18,095 nt of DNA from Candidatus Rokuibacteriota bacterium (GTDB taxonomy: Bacteria > Methylomirabilota > Methylomirabilia > Rokubacteriales > CSP1-6), in NCBI GenBank assembly GCA_016184305.1, contig JACPCX010000127.1, positions 1-18,095 on the forward strand. The letters are read 5' to 3'. The position numbers and the translations under genes are program-made. Positions within the stretch are counted from its first letter, which is position 1, and each line of letters opens with the position of its first letter. Positions 9,327 through 16,830 of this stretch are shown here, one piece after another. A model generated the notes under the pieces. That model had not been told where the DNA came from, did not search any database, and saw only the letters and a list, made by a program, of their open reading frames with translations.

Positions 9327-9399
9327 TGCGGGGGCCCAGAGCTGGCCCCCGCACTCCCCCGGCGCAGCGCCCCCGCGGGCTCACCCGCGGGGGCGCTGC
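9327..9399. repeat. Two GC-rich perfect inverted repeats between tupB and modA
   Basis: TGCGGGGGCC-N7-GGCCCCCGCA (9327-9353, 10-bp stem) and GCAGCGCCCCCGCGGG-CTCA-CCCGCGGGGGCGCTGC (9364-9399, 16-bp stem). No U-tract. Confidence 0.7.
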
Positions 9400-10076
9400 T
9401 GGATCCACGTGAGCGCCCAGTTCACGAGGAAGGTGAGGAGGAGCAGGATCACCGACAGCGCGATGGCGATGTCGAAATTCCCCCTGCTCGTCTCGAGGAC
9501 GGTGGCCGTCGTGAGCACGCGCGTGGAGCCCTTGATGTTGCCGCCCACCATGAGCGAGGCCCCCACCTCGGAGATGACGCCGCCGAAGCCGGCCATCACC
9601 GCCGCCAGCATGGGCAGCCGGGCCTCGCGCAGGAGCGCCCCGACCATCTGCGCGCGCGAGGCGCCGAGGGCCAGCATCTGCAGCCGGAACGCCGCGGGGA
9701 TCTGCTGGACGGCGGCGAGCGTGAGGCCGGTCACGATGGGCGCGGCGATCACCATCTGCGCCAGCACCATCGCCAGCGGCGTGTAGAGCATCTCGAGGAA
9801 CCCCAGGGCGCCGTTCCGCCACAGAAGAATCGTCACGAAGAGACCGACGACGACGGGCGGCAGCCCCATGCCCGTGTTCACCAGGCTGACGGCGAGCGCC
9901 CGGCCCGGAAAGCGCGCGAGCGCGAGCACGGTCCCCAGCGGGATGCCGATCAGCAGCGACAGCGCGGTCGCGCTCCCCGAGATCTGGAGCGACAGGAGCG
10001 TGATCCGCCACACCTCCGGATCGCCCGTCAGGAGGAGGCGGAGCGCCTCCAGCACGCCCTCGACGAAGAGGCTCAC
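9381..10076 (-). CDS. tupB: Tungstate ABC transporter permease
   Basis: LVNTGMGLPPVVVGL, GALGFLEMLYTP.AMVLAQ, AGFGGVISEVGASLMVGGNIKGSTRVLTTATVLETSRG are TupB-type signatures. Confidence 0.92.
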   Translation of the reverse strand: MSLFVEGVLEALRLLLTGDPEVWRITLLSLQISGSATALSLLIGIPLGTVLALARFPGRALAVSLVNTGMGLPPVVVGLFVTILLWRNGALGFLEMLYTPLAMVLAQMVIAAPIVTGLTLAAVQQIPAAFRLQMLALGASRAQMVGALLREARLPMLAAVMAGFGGVISEVGASLMVGGNIKGSTRVLTTATVLETSRGNFDIAIALSVILLLLTFLVNWALTWIQQRPRG

Positions 10077-10125
10077 TTCGCAGGTCTCGGGAGGAACAAC
10101 CGCATGGGATCAGGCTTCGATGCCG

Positions 10126-10668
10126 CTACTGCTTGCGCTCCCGCTTCGCCTGCTTCTTCAACGCAGGCCCCGGGCCATCGTGCTCCAGCGCGATGAGCAC
10201 GAGCGGCAGATCCTCCGCGCGCGCCTCTCTCACGTGCCGTTTGGCGTCAGACATCCGAGGGCCTCGATCCGTCAGGAAGCCTCCTAGCTTGTCGCTCGGG
10301 ACGACAAGGACGCCCACGTCGATCTTCCCGGTCTCCAGCGCTTTCCGGATGTGGATGACGTCAATGACGAGAAGGTCGCTCCTTGCGGACATCTGGATCT
10401 CGCCCCCGATGCACACACGCGTGCCATTGACGGTATGGCACTTGGTCCAGTCGATGTCTCCGCTCTTGACCCCGGCCCACGACTCCGGGAATCGCTCGTC
10501 GATCAGTTTGCGGACGGCTGCTCCTCCATTCGCGTCCCGCTCTTCCTTCACCTGGAGAGGCACGCCTCGGAGAATACCCCGCAGTTCTTCGAGAAGCGGC
10601 ATGAGGCCCAAGCGTTCCACGCGCTCGCGAGCCCCATCGTAGTGGTGCTCCTCTACGATCCTGGCCAC
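10126..10668 (-). CDS. Type II restriction endonuclease, BamHI/BglII/BstYI-fold (PD-(D/E)xK superfamily)
   Basis: GDID73...IGGE90IQ92, GKIDVGVLVVP, FLTDR and LPLVLIAL line up with my recollection of BamHI (GPID...VGMEFE, GEIDLAIILMP, YLTDR, QPFIFIGF). The GTG start directly abuts the methyltransferase stop. Confidence 0.8.
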   Translation of the reverse strand: MARIVEEHHYDGARERVERLGLMPLLEELRGILRGVPLQVKEERDANGGAAVRKLIDERFPESWAGVKSGDIDWTKCHTVNGTRVCIGGEIQMSARSDLLVIDVIHIRKALETGKIDVGVLVVPSDKLGGFLTDRGPRMSDAKRHVREARAEDLPLVLIALEHDGPGPALKKQAKRERKQ

Positions 10669-11682
10669 TCAGGGCAGGACCAGAGTGAATTTCGGATCGG
10701 GTCGCTTGAACACGCGCTGCAGGGCGCCTGGCGACGCGGCCTTCAGATCGTGGAGATGCCGCCTGAACCGATCCCGAATCGCGGCACTTGTCGCTATCTC
10801 AGTGCCAAGCCAGTGGCGCTTCAGACGCTCCGCCGTCTCGTACGTCGAGCCGCCGCCGCCGAATGGGTCAAGCACAATGTCCCCCTCGTTGGTCGCAACC
10901 TGGATGCAGCGGCTGGGAATCATCGGCTTCAGCTCATTGATGTGCCACCGGGCCTTGAATTTCTGGTGCCTCGCGGGTGCAGTGTCGTCCCAGAAGTCGG
11001 TGAGGTTGAGTCCAAGCGGATTCAGGTACTTGCGATGGCCGCCGTAATCCTTCACGTCCTTCCCACAGTGACGACACACCGGCACCGGCAGTCGAACGTG
11101 ATTGAAGACCCTCGGCTCTCCCTTGGTGAAGTAGAGGAGCGTGTAATGCGCCGGGTACAGCTTGCGGCCGCGCGGGAAGGTGCCTTTCATCGACAACGCA
11201 ATCCAATGGCGAAAGAGCATTCCCCGCTCTTCGATGTGCGAGGCCAGATGGTAGCCCCATTGCGGGAGGATGTACACGAACAGCGCGCCGCCGGGCGTCA
11301 GCAGTCGAACGCACTCGTCGAGCCAGGCAAACGACCACTTGAGATAATCGCGCTTCTCGAGCGCGTCCTTCATGGCGCCGCGACCGTAATCCTTGCCGAG
11401 ATTGAATGGCGGATCAGCGAAGACGCAGTGGATGGACTCCTCCTTGAGGGCCGAAAACAGGTTGAAGCAATCTGTGCCGTAGAGGAGTCCCAGGTGGGTC
11501 GAAAGCTGCGGAGCCAGGCGCTTCACGCCCACCTCCGCCGCGAGAGAGGCGAGCCCGGCGTCACCATGGTCAAGCCCGTCGGTGACCCCGTGGTTCTCAA
11601 GGGCATGCGAAAGACTAGCATGAGCCGCGCGATTGCCACAAGGCAGCGGGAGGCTGAGCTGACGTCGTGGCCTCTGATCCAT
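10669..11682 (-). CDS. Beta-class amino-DNA methyltransferase, M.BamHI-like (probably m4C)
   Basis: Catalytic FADPPFN precedes the SAM-binding VLDPFGGGGST (beta order). LYPAHYTLLYF, CRHCGKDVKDYGG, LNPLG..LTDFWDD and INEL resemble recalled M.BamHI blocks. Start is ambiguous: ATG 11682, or GTG 11526 with a GGAGGT SD. Confidence 0.92.
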   Translation of the reverse strand: MDQRPRRQLSLPLPCGNRAAHASLSHALENHGVTDGLDHGDAGLASLAAEVGVKRLAPQLSTHLGLLYGTDCFNLFSALKEESIHCVFADPPFNLGKDYGRGAMKDALEKRDYLKWSFAWLDECVRLLTPGGALFVYILPQWGYHLASHIEERGMLFRHWIALSMKGTFPRGRKLYPAHYTLLYFTKGEPRVFNHVRLPVPVCRHCGKDVKDYGGHRKYLNPLGLNLTDFWDDTAPARHQKFKARWHINELKPMIPSRCIQVATNEGDIVLDPFGGGGSTYETAERLKRHWLGTEIATSAAIRDRFRRHLHDLKAASPGALQRVFKRPDPKFTLVLP

Positions 11683-11752
11683 GTCGATGCCACCGTAGCT
11701 CGCCCAACCGATCCTGCATAATGTGCAATGGTGGATACAGCAGGTCGACGCT

Positions 11753-12610
11753 CTAAAGGTCGGCTTCGGTTTTCCCGGCGGCGGGGACAAAGAGCGGCTG
11801 GCCGTACTGAGCCTCCCCGAATACCTTGATGGCCGCCTGGGCCTCCGACGACAGCATGAAATCGGCGAAGACCTTTCCCTCGGCGGCGTTCACCCGCGGC
11901 CCGCTGGCCGGGGCGACCTCCAGGACCGAGTAGAGGTTGAGGAGCGGCCGGTCCTTCTCCACGAGAATCGGCAGGCTGATCCGCTTCCGGAGGGCGAGCC
12001 AGGTGGCGCGGTCCGTCAGCGTGTAGGCCCGGCGGTCATCGGCGATGGCGAGGGTCTGGCCCATTCCCTGGCCCGACTCGATGTACCAGGCGCCCCGGGG
12101 CTCGATGGCCGCCTGCTTCCAGAGCGCGATCTCGATGGTGTGGGTGCCCGACCTGTCGCCGCGCGACACGAACCGCGACCGGCTCGCGGCGATGCGCCTC
12201 ATGGCGTCGACCGCCTGGTGGAGCCCCCTGATCGCCGCCGGGTCCTCGGGCGGACCGATGATGACGAAGTCGTTGTACATGACCAGGCGCCGGCGGAGCA
12301 GCCGGCCCTCGTCGACGTACTTCCTCTCTAGGGCCGGGGCATGCGCGAGCGTCACATCCGCCTCGCCCCGGGCCGCCAGGGCCAGCGCCTGCCCCGTGCC
12401 CACCGATATCGTCTTCACCGTCAGCCCCGTCCTCTTCTCGAACATGGGCACGAGCAGGTCCAGCAGGCCGGAGTCCTGCAGGCTCGTCGTGGTGGCCAGG
12501 ATGACGGTGGTCGAGGCCGCCGCGCCCGGCTCGGCGAGCCCCGTCAGCAGGGCGCCCGCCAGGAGGACAGCCCGCGCGAGCCTCCGCCACGCCCAGGCCA
12601 GGGCCGCCAT
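11753..12610 (-). CDS. tupA: Tungstate-binding periplasmic protein
   Basis: Signal peptide, then LATTTSLQDSGLLD (TupA TTTS signature), VGTGQAL, HAP..E, MYNDFVI.GP..DPA, SRGDRSGTH, GQGMG.TL, AYTLTDRAT. Confidence 0.94.
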   Translation of the reverse strand: MAALAWAWRRLARAVLLAGALLTGLAEPGAAASTTVILATTTSLQDSGLLDLLVPMFEKRTGLTVKTISVGTGQALALAARGEADVTLAHAPALERKYVDEGRLLRRRLVMYNDFVIIGPPEDPAAIRGLHQAVDAMRRIAASRSRFVSRGDRSGTHTIEIALWKQAAIEPRGAWYIESGQGMGQTLAIADDRRAYTLTDRATWLALRKRISLPILVEKDRPLLNLYSVLEVAPASGPRVNAAEGKVFADFMLSSEAQAAIKVFGEAQYGQPLFVPAAGKTEADL

Positions 12611-12614
12611 GGGG

Positions 12615-14213
12615 TCAGGCCGGGGTGAGCACCCGGCCGGCCGGGACGGCGTTGAAGCGGGGCCCGTCCACCACCAGCTGCCCGTTCACCACGACGTACG
12701 GGATGCCCGTCGGATGGCGGTGGGGGTCGGCATAGGTCGCCTCGTCCCTGACGGTCGCCGGGTCGAAGAGCGCCAGGTCGGCGGCGAAGCCCTTGCGCAC
12801 GAGGCCGCGGTCCTTGAAGCGAAGCTTGGCGGCCGGCATGCCGGTCATCTTGTGGACGGCCGTCTCCAGCGAGACGATACGGCCCTCGCGGCAGTAGCGG
12901 CCCAGCACTCGCGGGAAGGTGCCGTACATGCGCGGGTGAGGCTTGCCGGGATGCGGCCCCGGCCCCGCCGAGAGCCCGATGGAGTCCGAGCCCACCATGA
13001 CGTGGGGATGGGCCAGCGCCTTCTTCACGTTGTCCTCGCTCTGGCTGAAGATCACCATGGAGACGCTGGCCCGCTCGGCCAGGAGCAGGTCGAGCATCGC
13101 CTCGGCCGGAGGTGTGCCGGTGTGCCGCGCCAGCGCGGCGAGGCTCATCCCCTCGAGCTCCACGCGCGGGCAGGTGGCGATCACGATCTCGTCCCAGCCC
13201 GTGGCGCCGGAGAACGTGAGCCAGCGTTCGCCGTCCACCAGACACTCCGCCACGGCGCGCCGGCGCGCTGCGGGTTCAGCCAGCCGATCGAGGAGGCGCG
13301 CGACGCCGCCGTCGTGCATCCAGGCGGGCAGGAGGTTGTCCATCTTCGTGCTGCCGGCGGTGTAGGGATAGACGTCGGCCGTCACCTCCACGCCGCGGGC
13401 CCGCGCGGCCTCCATGAGGCCGAGCGCCCGATCCATGAGGTCCCAGTTCTCGCGGCCGGCCGCCTTGATGTGGGCGATCTGCACCGGCACCCCGCCCTCG
13501 TCGCCGATCCTGATGGCCTCCGCGACGGAGTCCTCCAGCATCGCGGCCTCGCCCCGGATGTGGGAGAAGTACAGTCCGCCGCGCCGGGCCATGCTCCGCG
13601 CCAGCCTGATCAGCTCCTCGGTGGACGCGTAGAGGCTCGGCGGGTAGACCAGCCCCGTGGAGAAGCCGAAGGCCCCGGCCTCCAGCGCCTCGGCCAGATA
13701 CCGCTCCATGGCCGCATGCTCGGCCGGGGTGGGCGGGCGGTTGTCGGGCCCGACGGTGGCCAGCCGCAGCGCGCCCTGCCCCACGAACTGGACGATGTTC
13801 ACCGAGGGCCCCAGCCGCCTCAGGTGGTCGAGGTACTCGCCGAAGCTCTCCCAGGCGATGGGCAGCTGAGAGCCCGTGCCCCCCGCCCACGCGCGCACCA
13901 GCTCGGCCCGCCCGGGCGCCACCGGGGCCGGCGAGAAGGAGCACATCCCCACGACCTCGGTGGTGACGCCCTGGCGCACCTTGGACTCGGCCGAGGGGCA
14001 GGCGTGATAGAAGAGGTCGGAGTGCGAGTGGATGTCGATGAAGCCGGGCGCCACCATGAGGCCGCTGGCGTCGATGACGCGGGCCGCCGCCCCGGCGAGC
14101 CCGGGGGCGACGGCCGCGATGCGGTCACCTTCCACCGCCACATCTTTGCCTTCGCCCGGGGCGCCGCTGCCGTCCACCACCATACCGTTCCGGATCAGGA
14201 GCGACCAGGCCAT
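12615..14213 (-). CDS. N-acyl-D-amino-acid deacylase (D-aminoacylase, amidohydrolase superfamily)
   Basis: VVDGSG, VAPGFIDIHSHSD, QGVTTEVVGMC, GAFGFSTGLVYPP, SHIRGE, HIK, DVYPYTAGST, GSD, PHPRMYGTFPRVLG, KMTGMPA, GFAADL. Confidence 0.93.
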   Translation of the reverse strand: MAWSLLIRNGMVVDGSGAPGEGKDVAVEGDRIAAVAPGLAGAAARVIDASGLMVAPGFIDIHSHSDLFYHACPSAESKVRQGVTTEVVGMCSFSPAPVAPGRAELVRAWAGGTGSQLPIAWESFGEYLDHLRRLGPSVNIVQFVGQGALRLATVGPDNRPPTPAEHAAMERYLAEALEAGAFGFSTGLVYPPSLYASTEELIRLARSMARRGGLYFSHIRGEAAMLEDSVAEAIRIGDEGGVPVQIAHIKAAGRENWDLMDRALGLMEAARARGVEVTADVYPYTAGSTKMDNLLPAWMHDGGVARLLDRLAEPAARRRAVAECLVDGERWLTFSGATGWDEIVIATCPRVELEGMSLAALARHTGTPPAEAMLDLLLAERASVSMVIFSQSEDNVKKALAHPHVMVGSDSIGLSAGPGPHPGKPHPRMYGTFPRVLGRYCREGRIVSLETAVHKMTGMPAAKLRFKDRGLVRKGFAADLALFDPATVRDEATYADPHRHPTGIPYVVVNGQLVVDGPRFNAVPAGRVLTPA

Positions 14214-14215
14214 GG

Positions 14216-14758
14216 CTACTGCCCCGCCACGATGATCTTCACGGACTTGATCTTGTCGCCCTTCTTGATCTTGTCCACGGCGTCCATGCCCGAGGTGACG
14301 ATGCCGAACACGGTGTACTTGCCGTCGAGGAAGGGCGCCGCCGCGAGGCAGATGTAGAACTGGCTGCCGGCGGAGTCCGGGTTCTGGGAGCGCGCCATGG
14401 CCAGCGCGCCGCGGAGATGCTTCTGCGTGTTGAACTCCGCCTTGATCATGTAGCCGGGACCGCCGGTGCCGTCTCCCTTGGGATCCCCGCCCTGGACGAC
14501 GAAGCCCGGCTCCACCCTATGGAAGGTGAGCCCATCGTAGAAGCCCTTCTTCGCCAGCGTGACGAAGTTCGCCACCGTCTTCGGCGCGTCGGCGGGATAG
14601 AAGTCCAGCTTGATCTCCCCGCCCTTCTCCATGGTGATGACCGCTGACTGTTTCACCTTCTTGCCTCCTTGTTGGGCCTCGGCCGCGGGGAACGCCAGCC
14701 CCTGGCCCGCGAGCAGCGCAGCCGTACCCATGACGAGGGCGAGGTGTCGGAACCGCAT
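14216..14758 (-). CDS. Cyclophilin-type peptidyl-prolyl isomerase with signal peptide
   Basis: [67 protein letters not shown] before the ATG at 14758; hydrophobic N-terminus ending in AEA. Confidence 0.95.
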   Translation of the reverse strand: MRFRHLALVMGTAALLAGQGLAFPAAEAQQGGKKVKQSAVITMEKGGEIKLDFYPADAPKTVANFVTLAKKGFYDGLTFHRVEPGFVVQGGDPKGDGTGGPGYMIKAEFNTQKHLRGALAMARSQNPDSAGSQFYICLAAAPFLDGKYTVFGIVTSGMDAVDKIKKGDKIKSVKIIVAGQ

Positions 14759-14788
14759 CGGTGGGCCTCCTTGAGAACGAGATGCGCC

Positions 14789-14797
14789 ATTATGCCA
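14789..14797 (-). promoter_or_regulatory. Putative extended -10 promoter for the cyclophilin-deacylase-tup operon
   Basis: Minus strand TG-G-CATAAT, about 30 nt upstream of the cyclophilin ATG. Confidence 0.5.
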
Positions 14798-14800
14798 GAG

Positions 14801-14820
14801 CCGCCGAGCGTGAGCGAGCC
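14801..14820 (+). repeat. Second copy of the 20-nt G.A-mismatch hairpin motif
   Basis: CCGCCGAGCGTGAGCGAGCC is 19/20 identical to the reverse complement of 4631-4650. Confidence 0.55.
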
Positions 14821-14844
14821 CCGGGGCCCGGCGCAAACAATCCA

Positions 14845-14853
14845 TGCTACAGT
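14845..14853 (+). promoter_or_regulatory. Putative extended -10 promoter for a leaderless typA mRNA
   Basis: TG-C-TACAGT-GAATGC-ATG(14860); no SD. Confidence 0.55.
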
Positions 14854-14859
14854 GAATGC

Positions 14860-16659
14860 ATGCCGCAGCGTCCTGACATCCGCAACGTCGCCATCATCGC
14901 CCACGTGGACCACGGCAAGACCACGCTGGTGGACGCCATGCTGTGGCAGTCCGGCATCTTCCGCGCCAACGAGCACGTGGCCGAACGGGTCATGGACTCC
15001 ATCGACCTCGAGCGCGAGAAGGGCATCACGATCATGGCGAAGAACACGTCCGTCCACTACCGGGACGTGAAGATCAACATCGTGGACACGCCAGGCCACG
15101 CCGACTTCGGCGGCGAGGTGGAGCGAACGCTGACCCTGGTGGACGGTGTGCTGCTCCTCGTGGACGCCGCCGAGGGACCGCTGCCCCAGACGCGCTTCGT
15201 GCTCAAGAAGGCGCTGGAGGCCGGGCTCCCCCCGATCGTCGTCATCAACAAGATCGACCGCCAGGACGCCCGCGCGGCGCAGGTGCTCGACGAGGTGTAC
15301 GACCTCTTCATCGACCTGGACGCCTCCGAGGACCAGCTGGACTTCCCCGTCCTCTACACGGATGCGCGGAAAGGCACCGCCACCACGGACCCGCAGGCGG
15401 AGGGCAAGACCCTCGCCCCCCTCTTCGACACGCTCCTGGCCCATATCCCACCGCCGCGCTTCGAGGAGGACCATGGGCTCCAGCTCCGCGCCGCCTCGCT
15501 CGACTGGGACGATTACGTGGGCCGGCTCATCATCGGCCGGATCGTCAACGGCCGGATCCGCCAGTACGATCGGGTGGCCGTCGTCCACCGGGACGGCAGC
15601 GTGGAGACGTCCAAGGTCACCGTGCTCTATGGCTACGAGGGGCTGAAGCGCGTGGAGGTCGCCGAGGCCTGGGCCGGCGACCTGGTCGCCGTGGCGGGCA
15701 TCGAGGCCATCGAGATCGGGGAGACCATCGCGGACGCCGAGACGCCGCTGGCCCTGCCGGTGATGCACATCGACGAGCCCACCGTGTCGATGCTCTTCTC
15801 CGCCAACGTCTCGCCCTTCGCGGGGCGCGAGGGGCGCTTCGTCACCTCGACCCAGCTCCGCGACCGGCTCTGGAAGGAGCGCCGGACCAACGTGGCCATC
15901 CACGTCGACGAGACCGACTCGCCGGACACGTTCCGCGTCTCCGGCCGCGGCGAGCTCCAGCTGGCCATCATCATCGAGACCATGCGGCGCGAAGGCTTCG
16001 AGATGGAGGTGGGCAAGCCCCAGATCATCACCCGGGAGGAGCACGGGCAGACGCTCGAGCCCATGGAGTACCTGGTGGTGGACATCCCCGAGGAGTTCAT
16101 CGGCGCCGTCACCCAGAAGCTCGGCCCCCGGAAGGGCCAGATGACCAAGATGGTGAACCACGGCACCGGCCGCGTGCGCCTCGAGTACCGCATCCCCTCG
16201 CGCGGGCTCATCGGCTACCGCACCGAGTTCCTCACCGACACGCGGGGCACCGGACTCCTGAACCACCTCTTCGACGGCTACGCGCCCTGGCAGGGGGACA
16301 TTCCCCACCGCTCCAACGGCGCCATGGTGTCCGACCGCGCCGGCCGGACCACCGCCTACGCCATCGACCATCTCCAGCCGCGCGGCGTCTTGCACCTCGC
16401 GCCGGGCGAGCCGGTCTACGAAGGCCAGGTCGTCGGCGAGAACTCCCGCGACAACGACCTCGACGTGAACATCACCAAGGAAAAGAAGCTCACCAACATG
16501 CGCGCGTCCACCTCGGACGAGGCCGCGCGGCTCACGCCGCCGAGGCTGATGAGCCTCGAGCAGTCCCTCGAGTGGCTCCGCGAGGACGAGCTGCTCGAGG
16601 TCACGCCGAAGTCGCTCCGCCTCCGCAAGAAGCACCTCAGCGGCCGCCGCCGCTTCTAG
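14860..16659 (+). CDS. typA: Translational GTPase TypA/BipA
   Basis: [79 protein letters not shown]. Start placed at the ATG at 14860. Confidence 0.98.
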   Translation: MPQRPDIRNVAIIAHVDHGKTTLVDAMLWQSGIFRANEHVAERVMDSIDLEREKGITIMAKNTSVHYRDVKINIVDTPGHADFGGEVERTLTLVDGVLLLVDAAEGPLPQTRFVLKKALEAGLPPIVVINKIDRQDARAAQVLDEVYDLFIDLDASEDQLDFPVLYTDARKGTATTDPQAEGKTLAPLFDTLLAHIPPPRFEEDHGLQLRAASLDWDDYVGRLIIGRIVNGRIRQYDRVAVVHRDGSVETSKVTVLYGYEGLKRVEVAEAWAGDLVAVAGIEAIEIGETIADAETPLALPVMHIDEPTVSMLFSANVSPFAGREGRFVTSTQLRDRLWKERRTNVAIHVDETDSPDTFRVSGRGELQLAIIIETMRREGFEMEVGKPQIITREEHGQTLEPMEYLVVDIPEEFIGAVTQKLGPRKGQMTKMVNHGTGRVRLEYRIPSRGLIGYRTEFLTDTRGTGLLNHLFDGYAPWQGDIPHRSNGAMVSDRAGRTTAYAIDHLQPRGVLHLAPGEPVYEGQVVGENSRDNDLDVNITKEKKLTNMRASTSDEAARLTPPRLMSLEQSLEWLREDELLEVTPKSLRLRKKHLSGRRRF

Positions 16660-16667
16660 CCGGGCCG

Positions 16668-16819
16668 GTAGAGTGAAGGGCGAGCGCGGTCGTGTACAGG
16701 TCCGGCGGCGCCCCACTGTTTCCGCCCTCTCGGGCCGGTGTCCATTCGCCGAGTGGACCATCACGCGTTTCTCGCCCCTCCTCATCGAACCGGACGTGCG
16801 GTTTTCCCGCATCCGGCTC
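16668..16819 (-). ncRNA. Group II intron ribozyme domains V and VI
   Basis: D5 GAGCCGGATGCGGGAAAACCGCACGTCCGGTTC (16819-16787) has the AGC triad and AC bulge. The D6 basal stem GAG-GAGGGGCGAG / CTCGCCCTTC-A-CTC has the bulged branch A at 16674, and the intron ends in AC. Confidence 0.92.
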
Positions 16820-16830
16820 TCGGACGGGTT

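Noticed and set aside
9238..9380. Moco/Wco riboswitch or ModE box upstream of modA (also checked upstream of moaC and tupA)
   Set aside because: No AT-rich ModE-type dyad is visible, and the predicted leaders are too short for the riboswitch. An Rfam scan would be needed to exclude it fully.
8461..10011. Apparent 516-aa ModA with a long N-terminal extension
   Set aside because: The extension overlaps tupB out of frame. The signal peptide and promoter candidate point to ATG 9237.
10351..11721. 456-aa ORF antisense to the RM genes, as a possible hidden regulator
   Set aside because: It lies in the codon-mirrored antisense register typical of shadow ORFs and shows no HTH or other motif.
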